Origin: Paramecium tetraurelia
Lineage: Eukaryota
Assembly (NCBI GenBank): GCA_000165425.1
Contig: CT868385.1
Location: forward strand, 186,001 to 250,000
Direction: 5' to 3'
DNA length: 64,000 nucleotides
Below the pieces are notes generated by a model, which was not told the origin of the DNA, made no database searches, and saw only the letters and a list, made by a program, of their open reading frames with translations. The position numbers and the translations under genes are program-made. Positions 54,548 through 64,000 of this stretch are shown here, in pieces. Positions within the stretch are counted from its first letter, which is position 1, and every line of letters starts with the position of its first letter.

Positions 54548-56514
54548 ATGAAATAACTAATATAGGTACTATCAGCAGTGTTGATCACGGTTGGTATGTT
54601 ATACTAATTCAGTCCACAACCAAATAAGGAACAGAATTTAAGGGATTGGTGCACTAATTTTGATGGTGACAATGGATGTAAAGGATCACAGACTGACAAT
54701 CCCTCTGACTGGTTAAATAGAAACTTTTAAACTCCCCAAAAAGGAGATTCTTTATGGCGGTACTTAAAATATATATACATTTAGTGAAGGATATTAAGAT
54801 TATCATATTTTATAAGGATATGCTTAATAAAAATATAGTTCAGATCTTAGATCGTGCTCAATCTCAATTTATACAAGAGTAAACCCAGAATATCAAGGTT
54901 CCTTAGTATATAGTTTTGATGGCGAGGAACAGACCTCTCCTAACAAAACCTTCTCAGCTCCCAGAAGTGAAGTGTAAATCAAAGTTTATTTGAGAGCTGG
55001 AGGAGAAATAACTATCGCAAAACTTGACCTATAACCAGTAGATTTCGTATGGAATCATCCGACAGTAAATTAATCTAGCCATTATAAAAATGGATAGAAG
55101 GGAGCTATCGTTGAATTGTTTGGTTGGAAATATGAGGATATTGAATTGGAATGTGAGATGATTGCCAAGGCTGGGTATATGGGAGTCAAAGTGTTCCCCC
55201 CTTAAGAATCAATATTGGATTATGAACATCCAGAAAATGGAGAATTGAATCCATGGTATTGGTTATATTAGCCTGTGTCTTATCGTCTTAATTCTCGTAT
55301 GGGTACAGTAGAGGAACTAAGAAAGATGATTAATACTTGCCAGATCAAAGGGATTGAGAGTATACGCAGATGCTGTTGTCAATCACATGAGTGGTAATGG
55401 TAATGATATGTTCCCATCTCATTGTTATGGTTCTACATATTGGGGAAATAAGAATAGTTCAGGAGGATCTCCATGGTACACATAAGGTTTTGCCTATTAA
55501 AATTGGACATGGTCAGGAGCAAGACCAGGTATGGAATTCCCAGCTGTCCCATATGGTCCATTGGATTTCCATTGTGCAAGACCAATTTCATCTTGGAATG
55601 ATGGATTCATCTTAAATTATGGATGGTTAGTGAACTTAGGAGATTTGAATACTGAATCAGATTATGTTAGATAAAGAATTGCTGATTACATTACCGATTT
55701 ACTTTCAATAGGTGTAAGTGGAATAAGAATTGATGCTGCCAAACATATCAGTCCAGAAGGTTTAGCATACATCTTCAAGAAGTTGGCAAATAACATGGGA
55801 GGCAAATTACCAGATGATTTCTCAGCTTATCTAGAAGTGATTATTGGTGGAGAGAAAGATTTGTTGATGTGTAATGAAAATTGGTATAATTATGGAAAAT
55901 CATTTGATAATTACATGAAGTAAGCAGGATTGAGTGATTCTGATATCTATAAGATTAAGATTTGGAGTTCCGATTATCCAAAAGAACATCCAGCTTGTGG
56001 TTGGTGGCCAATTTCGTCTGAAAGATTTGTAGCATAATTAGATTGTCATGATGATTAGAATCCAGGATCATCTAGTAGGGATATGTAAGATAAAGGCAGT
56101 GTTTTGATTAAAGAGAGAAATGTCGAAAAACATCGTTATTTCAATAGAGAATTGTTCTTCAGAACAGATGCCAATTGGTAAATCAAATTGGTTCTATCCT
56201 CATATTCCTTTATTGATTCAAATGGAGCCTAAGCTCCTCCTGATGGTCATTCAGATTGTGCTAGATGTGTTGGATCAGCTTGTTCTGGCTGTACTAAATC
56301 AGTTCCATATAAGAAGGCTCACAATCCTAATGTTTGTGGTTATACCATTTATTAAAACGGTTAATGGCAATAAGGAGAATGTAATTATTAACATATATAT
56401 ATTTTAGATACCAGAGTTCATAGAGACAAAGAAATTATCATGGAAATGAGAAGATGGATGGGATTATCAACATCAGTTTCAAATGCTGAAATTGGATTAC
56501 CAAATCATTGTTGA
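54548..56514 (+). CDS. Secreted GH13 alpha-amylase (single +1 frameshift at ~55341)
   Basis: Signal peptide; GQKGAIVELFGW, YQPVSY, DAVVNHM, GIRIDAAKHI (nucleophile), YLEVI (acid/base), DCHDD. An extra C in 'tgc c aga' breaks INTC|RSKGLRVY. Confidence 0.85.
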
Positions 56515-56552
56515 CTAATTACATTAAATCAAATTAAATAAATTAAAACCAT

Positions 56553-58706
56553 TCATTATTTAACTTTCTTTTATGGCTTCTCTGACTCGCAAAATTGAGG
56601 GATTCTTTTTTCTTCCACGTGACTATCATTCAATGAACCACCTTCATCTTTTATCAATTCTTAGTCATATCTATAGAATTCTTTGATAAAAGGTTCAGAG
56701 TAAATTAAAGTCATACTATTGAATGGTTGATAGAAGTCTAATTGATTCTTATGCACGACTGTTCTTTAGGTTGATGTTCTAGAGAACAAGCTCTCGTGAT
56801 CATATATCAATTTTTGAGGTGTATTTGGACTGTGATAATTTGTTATCAAATCTCCTTAGCAATTATTACCAATATGTTTTGATATCGTATTTGCAGTTAT
56901 TTCAATGAGTTTCTATCGCAAATCATCTGATTTGGATCTAAATAAAACTTCATTGAATTTTACCAATATATCATAATGAATATATTATAACGTTGAACTC
57001 TTCTTAAGGATTGTCTCATGAATTTGATTTTTAAGGATCTCTAATTGTGTAGACTTTGTTGATATTAAAAATATCATCATCTACACTAGATGATGTTCCA
57101 ATTCAATTTCTATCTATTAAGATTTATCATTCAAGTATTCCAATAGTAATTCGACTGCTTTCACAAAAACTGAGCACTTTATAGAATTACATCTAACCAA
57201 TAAGGACGACAAATAATAAAGAGAATTGATTTTTTCAGTTTTTGAGAGTGTATTCTATATATGATATTATCAATATATTACAGATCTTATATTTTAGACT
57301 AACTATGAGAGAAATAATTAATTGATTCTTGATAAGGAATTCGGCAAAGAACAAAAATATAGAAACACATAGTGAGCCATTCTGTAATATTGATTTTTTA
57401 GCATTATCTCTTAGAATACTGTTTGCAGCTCTCGAAATATTTTAAAGATCAAATCTTCATTTATTTCCATTTGGAATATACTCTTTTTGGCAATTCCTAA
57501 TTTAGAATCCAAATAATCAAATAATATGAATAATAAATGATCCACCTTCTTGCACATGTCATCTCTATGCTTTTTGTTCAAATGTTATTATAAAGTAGTT
57601 TTAATAATGAAATTGTTGTATTGAGGATCATACTTAATTTCGGAATCAATTTATAAAATCTTTATATAAACCATCTTAAAGATACGAGATCTAAGTTCAG
57701 GGATGCGATCACTTAATTTCATACAATTTGTAGCATAAACTCTCTAATGAATTTCACTTTAATTTTTATGTGGAAATAAATCAGACAGAGTTTCTAATAA
57801 TTTCTCCTTGCTTAATTTATAGATCTAAATGATTTCACTAATAATTTGAATGGCCGCATCAGAATGAATATTATTACTACTTTTAAGATATTTGTCTCTA
57901 TATATATTATTATATAATCCATCAATTCCTTTTAATCAGTATGAAATATCCTCATATGAATTATCCTAAAATATTGATAAAAGTTTTACCTTTTTAATTA
58001 TATAGAAACATTTCGATTTATTTTTGGATGGGAAGTATCCATATCCAATATCTGACATACCTTTCAACTTCTCATCCGCTTTGGGATGATGAATCAATAT
58101 TTCTTTAATAAATTATTTGTGAGATTCTGACAGTTTAACAATCTGATTTTCAGCAGTCAATTAATAGGCTTCGGCCATTACTAATATCTGTTATTACAAT
58201 GCGGCTTTAGTTGGATAGGACTAACCCATGACTTCACATGGAATATCATCTCTGGTTTATTCTGAATCGATTAGCCTGAATTGTTAAATAATGGATGTAC
58301 ATTTGAAGACTCAATTTTTAAACCAAGAAACGATAGATAGTAATTAGTTACGAGGGAGACATAGACAGAATAGTGAACAAAATCTTTTTGAATTAAGGTA
58401 AGACTTAAAAATGATTGTCAGAAGTGAACCATGGTATTTTATACAATACTATATCGATGACCATTTTGGCATCATTGCCATTTCGTTGCAATTAAAGCAA
58501 CAGCCGATTAAATAATTCAACCCACAAACCTATTTATGGTATGTCTTTATTCTTTCGGCAAACTTCTTCAATGATTTTATTCATTGAATTGGGCATTCCC
58601 TATTAAAATATATAAGAAACAATACTTTTTATGCATCTGCATATGATTTCTACAAGTATATGAACAACTGCTCCTCTTTTTTTGCATCTTCAGGCCTCTT
58701 TTACAT
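56553..58706 (-). CDS. RRN3: RNA polymerase I initiation factor RRN3/TIF-IA with inserted DCL (DUF3223)-like domain; one in-frame TGA at 57936-57938
   Basis: RRN3-like segments IVLYKIPWF, LSDLFPHK…VYATNCMKL…KILQIDSEI, KKVDHLLFILFDYL, FQEIML…HYVFLYFCS, EKINSLYYLSSLL, FYQPFN…FIKEFY; insert ILIHHPKADEKL…SKCFYIIKKDNSYEDISY; four tiny introns. Confidence 0.75.
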
Positions 58707-58968
58707 ACTTTATTTAATTAATATTATTTAAAAAGAAATAAAAATGTTTTATATCATTTAATATTCTAACATTTTATGTTAAATATCTAGCTATTTAAAA
58801 TAATATTTTTAAATCTAATTACTTTTAAATCTAACAGTTATAGCTAATTCTAATTGAAAGTCATACTCAAATAGAATTCTTTAAATATTTGATTATTCAT
58901 TCACTAATCAACAATATTATTATAAACAAATTCTGTAAATGAATCAATATTAATAAAATTTAAATAAT

Positions 58969-60317
58969 ATGTCTAACTACAGATATCCCAATAAATTAAG
59001 TCAAAAATCAACTGAAATTCGATGGGTCGATAAGGTCATTTGTAAAAATTATCGAATCCTCAATCCCATTAATTCTGGTTCAATTATTGTTTTAACTTAT
59101 AGGAACCTTTGGTCATCTTTACTTAGCTATACATTAGGTTAAATTGGAATATTATGCCGTTAAAATATTGTAAACAGGTAAAAGTCCTATTCTTGCATAA
59201 TCAGTAAGACAAGAAGCTGAAGTGCTCTATAAATTGAATGGGAATGTAGGATTTCCTAGATTATATTACTTTATCTAAGATGGCACTAATAGTTTTATAG
59301 TTCAAACATTATTGGCCTAAAATTTATACTAACTACTAATGCAGACTCCAAACAAGATATTTTCGCTTAAGACTGTTTTGATGTTTCTAGACTAAGCAAT
59401 AAATCGTTTAGAGTTTTTGCATAAGAATGATTATATCCATAGAGATATTAAACCAGAAAACTTTATGACTGGTTTAAAAGAGGATGAAATATACTTAATA
59501 GATTTTGGATTCACTTAACTATACAAAGATTAGGGATAACATATAGAGAAACAGAAAAACGAAAATATGATTGGAACCCCAAGGTATTTCATCGGTTAAG
59601 TTAGTGAAGTCTAGATTTTGCCCAATTTGCACACATTTAAATCAATCATAAAACAGAGCCAGTGATTTAGAGAGTTTGGGATATTTGGCAATCTACTTTC
59701 TCAAAGGATTGTTGCCTTGGATGAACATTTAAGCAGAGACCAAGGAAGAAAAAATAAGACTAATAGGATAAAAGAAGATGAGTACATCAATTGAGGAATT
59801 ATGGTATTCATAATAATAATAAGCTAGTTATGGATTACCAAAACAATTTGAAGAGTATTTTAAATACATTTAAAATATCCCTTTCAATGGGGATCCAAAT
59901 TATGATTATATTCAACAATTATTTAAGAAGTTATATCAATAGATGGGTTATCCATTTGATTAGTAATTCGATTGGAGTTCGAAATTGGAGGTGAGAAATT
60001 CCGATGACAATTTTGAAACTTCAAAATAATAACTCTTTTTGGAAGTTGGTAGGAAATCTTTTACTGCAGATATAAATATTGAAGAATTACCATCTTAAAT
60101 ATAAAAAAAGTAATAAATCCTATTTAAGTATATTAGAAATATAGAGAGAATACATGGATTCAAAATTTCAGAAGATTTACTTCTTATTACAGATCTATAA
60201 TAAGAAGAAATTCAAGAGTTTGAACCAGGGTTAACATTGTTTGAAAAAATGCAATATATAAATCAACAGTAGTTTAAGAAACAAAAAAATGAATTAAAAT
60301 TTTATTAAATTCTATGA
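58969..60317 (+). CDS. Casein kinase 1 family kinase
   Basis: [54 protein letters not shown]. Confidence 0.88.
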
Positions 60318-60329
60318 AAACTTAAATAT

Positions 60330-61733
60330 TCAATCATTTTTGACACTCTTAATTGATTAATGCGATATTATATACATAAATGTGTACATACTGAAACCTA
60401 ATACTTACATGCTTAATTCATATAAAAACGGGAATCTCTATGGAGGTTAAATTAATTATTGACAAAAAAAGAGGATTACATAAAGCAAAACAGGAATCTA
60501 AACTTAAAACTAAATTATTACATTTCTTATTTTTGAATAAAACCTTAAAATCCAAGAATCTTAAAATTGCGGTGGTTAATTATTTCTTGTAAAGATAAAA
60601 AATAATACTAATAGAACACAGTATTCAATAAACAATTTATCTTCAATCATTAATGGATGATGAGTAATTGTTGCTATAATTGTATAATCATACACTAAAT
60701 ATCCATAATCCTTCTGACTTATTAATAGTAAAATGATAGGCAAAAGTATTGTTTTCTCATGAACATGAAAAGAGAACAAAAAGAAGGTCTAAGACACTAT
60801 AAACAGAGTATGTCTAAATAAGTTAGGTTATTTGAAAAGCCTGATTAGCGAAGGAATAGAAAATAGCAATGTTAGAATTGCAGCTAATCTGAATAGCAAT
60901 TGATTGTTAAACACCAAATTCCATTTAATCACTATATGACTAATGCACCAGAATGTTGCAACATGAAGTTAATATAAACCTCTATGAATTGGAAATATTG
61001 TAGCTATTGCTTCTTAAATCAATTTTAAATCAGACAACCAAGGCAACCAAATTATCAGAGTTGTCAAAATAACAGTGATTCCAACAACAGCTACCTTTTT
61101 TGGTTCTTTATATGTTTTTGATAAGATATAAATAAAGAATGGTAAAGAGTAGTAGAGTGACATTACTTTAAAATGTAATGCCATTACATAGAATATGGAA
61201 CCTAATACTAATTTTCCTTTCTCTAAACTTATTATTGCATACAATGTTAATCCAAGCATAATGCAGTTATATTGAAAATGCCCATGATCCACTAATACCA
61301 ATAATGGACAACACAATGCAATCAATTATTATTTTGACTATTGCTTAAGTATAAAATATATCAAAGGAGGATATAGAAAAATTATCTCTGAAATAAATAC
61401 GCTTAATCTCATGAAAAGTTTTGTATTAAATGTTTCAATACCTCTTGAAGAATAAGGAGCGATGATCTCTGGATCAAATTTTTCAGCAACTTTTCCTAAT
61501 GCATATGCAAAATATCCAGAGAGAGGAGGATAATCTAAAGGCCACCACTTTGGATCATTAAACTCACTTTTCTCATACCATTGAGTAATATTCAAATGAG
61601 AAGTAAGCTCCATCCAATGTCTTTATGCTTCGAAATCTCCATATTATGGTGGATCATTCATTCCTGAATAACCTCCAAAAGCAACATAAATCCTAAGAGA
61701 AATGCTAATTAGAATAATAGCAATTAATTTCAT
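60330..61733 (-). CDS. ALG6: Dolichyl-P-Glc:Man9GlcNAc2-PP-dolichol alpha-1,3-glucosyltransferase
   Basis: GYSGMNDPPQYGDFEAQRHWMEL, WPLDYPPL, LVDHGHFQYN, FPIHRGLY, FSFHVHEKTILLP. Confidence 0.9.
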
Positions 61734-62240
61734 TTATAATTTTTAATAAATCAAACCAAACAAAAGAATTTTTAAGTTTATTTTACAATAACACATGTTC
61801 ATTCAAAATTCACTCTTTAGGAGATATAATAATTTCTTTTTGATACAATTTTAATTTATATGAAATATAAATATTATCAAGCAGTTTCGAATAAGGTAGT
61901 ATAAAGTAAGTATAATTTTTGCCTTCAAATTATTATGAGGAGAATAATTATACTGAACATTATGAGTAGAATTTAATATGAAATTTAGTAGTTAAGATGA
62001 GAAATTAATTGAATCTATTTTAGAGTAATGAAACATTTTATATATTTTTAAAGAGTAAATTGCTATATATATAATATATTTAATTATTTAGACATATCTA
62101 AATTTTGGATAATATAGAAATATAGATATTGAAGATGTTTTCATTGTTATTAGTAATATTATAGATGATGATTTGATTTTAATTGCTATTTTAATAATAA
62201 TAAAAACATAATTTATATTATTTTTTTAAGTGTTAATCAG

Positions 62241-63637
62241 ATGTAAAGTAAATTTATTATTGTTAAGTGATAGACTACAGGTTGATAACCAAAAAGGGTG
62301 AAGGCACTTTTTCAGAAGTTATAAAAGCTTAATCTGTGAAAACTACTTAATTAGTTGCAATAAAATGCATGAAGCAGATTTTCCAAACGATTGACTAAGT
62401 ATTGTATTTTAATTCTAATATTGGTTAACAAACTCAAAGAAATTCAAGCATTAAGAAAGTTATAAAATCACGAGCACATTATTAAATTAATTGAAGTATT
62501 ATAGTAAAATATCATTCATTATAATTAGTGATGAACCTACTGGAAGATTGGCTTTAGTATTCGAGTTGATGGAATAAAATCTGTACGAACATATTAAAGG
62601 TAAGATTAACAAATACATGTATTTAGGCAGAAAAATACCACTAAAATAAGAGAAGATTAGGAGTTATACGTATTAATTACTAAAAGCCATTGACTTTATG
62701 CACACGAATAATATTTTTCACAGAGATATTAAACCGTAAGATTTGAATTGATAGGTTTTAGTGAAAATATCCTGTTGCTTGGAGATCATCTTAAATTGGC
62801 TGATTTGGGTTCATGCAAGGGTATTTACTCCAAACATCCATACACAGAATATATCTCAACGAGATGGTATAGATCTCCAGAATGTCTAATGACTGATGGT
62901 TATTATGATAGTAAAATGGATATATGGGGTGCCGGCTGTGTCTTATTCGAGATCACAGCTCTATTCCCTCTCTTTCCTGGAAGTAATGAATTGGATCAAG
63001 TGCATCGCATTCACAACATTTTGGGAACACCCAATCCTAAAGTCCTTGATCGATTCAGGAAGCATGCGACTCACATGGAAATCAATTTCCCTTAAAAAGT
63101 TGGAACTGGATTAGAGAATTTGATTCCAAACGCTCCTAAAGATCTTGTAGATCTAATTAAATAGATGTTAATTTATGATCCAGAAGAACGTATCACTGCA
63201 AAACAAGCACTGAGACATCCTTACTTCAAAGAAATAAGAGATCAAGAATAATAAAGATTGTTAGAAACTAGTTTATAATCGATAAAATTATTAAAAAAAA
63301 AGTAATATTTCCAATAATAATTAGTGATGATTCCCTTATGGACGAAGAGTAAAATACAACTCAGATAATTCATAAAAAGACTTTATTTAATCAAACCAAT
63401 AAAGTCTTATAAAACTCTTTTAAGAATAAAAATTTGCATCTCCTGGATTGTGTAAAATTGCCTACTCTAACAAAAAAATAAGCAGACTTAAAGAAGGCTT
63501 ATGGTCCAGCACATTTTTAGAGTAAAAATTATTATTAATAATTAGCTACAAAGAAAAAGTCTATTTAATATGAATACATCTTATATGGTAAAAAGGCTAA
63601 CTTAGGTAATTTTCTAAATACTCTCAGACATAAATGA
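62241..63637 (+). CDS. MOK/RAGE (LF4-like) RCK-family kinase
   Basis: [56 protein letters not shown]; intron 2 ends in TG rather than AG. Confidence 0.88.
62399..62423 (+). other. 25-nt intron with non-canonical GT..TG ends (or mutated 3' splice site)
   Basis: gtattgtattttaattctaatattg must be removed to join …TIDQ to VNKLKEIQALRKL; no in-frame AG alternative lies nearby. Confidence 0.6.
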
Positions 63638-64000
63638 ACATCACATTCTGATTAATTTTTAAATTTTAATATATTTAATCAGTTTTCTAAATAAGCAGTC
63701 TTACAGAATATTGTAATTACTATTCAATTAATTTTTAATAAAGAACTATTTATAATTTTATCGAAATAATCTTAAATATTGTTAACGGTAACTAATATTT
63801 CATTATTAAGGATAAAATTAATCTCTGAAATATGGATTCATACAATAATATGAATTGCTGAGTCATAATATTTGATTGCTTTTATCATATCTATTTAATT
63901 AACTTAGAGTGTTTGATTTTAAAATAATGCGCAATTTAAGAATTACTTTTTTTATTATAATAATCTGGGTTTTTTAGATTTTTTGTATTTTTACTAATGA

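Overview
AT-rich ciliate DNA, almost certainly Paramecium (P. tetraurelia or a close aurelia sibling), apparently the macronuclear (somatic) version. Genes read cleanly only with the ciliate code (TAA/TAG = Gln, TGA the sole stop). They are split by tiny 20-30 nt GT..AG introns and packed with spacers of often only tens of bases. The supplied standard-code ORF track therefore shows mostly fragments or antisense shadows. I translated about 35 genes by hand. Recognisable ones include the intronless calmodulin gene, a P5B ATPase, FAD synthetase, WASHC3/CCDC53, SF-assemblin, a Pex22-like protein, tectonic, a Cdt1-like protein, NAD kinase, Rer1, cathepsin L, clathrin light chain, the DNA 6mA methyltransferase MTA1/AMT1, an ICL-type centrin, HemC, FAM183/CFAP144, a GH13 alpha-amylase, RRN3, ALG6, and Aurora-like, CK1 and MOK kinases. 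Three genes are heavily decayed pseudogenes (PKG, TTLL3-type glycylase, Lon protease) and several others carry single lesions. Two observations stand out. (1) A tandem pair of multi-ubiquitin-like-domain genes with identical intron positions in each repeat; one ends in a ubiquitin-like LRWIGG plus a 3-residue tail and is a candidate undescribed conjugatable modifier, while the other lacks the GG. (2) An RRN3 Pol I initiation factor with a DCL/DeCL (DUF3223)-like domain inserted in an internal loop, with a lone in-frame TGA at the end of that insert. All family calls come from motif recognition by eye, not database searches, and gene ends may be off where intron choice is ambiguous.
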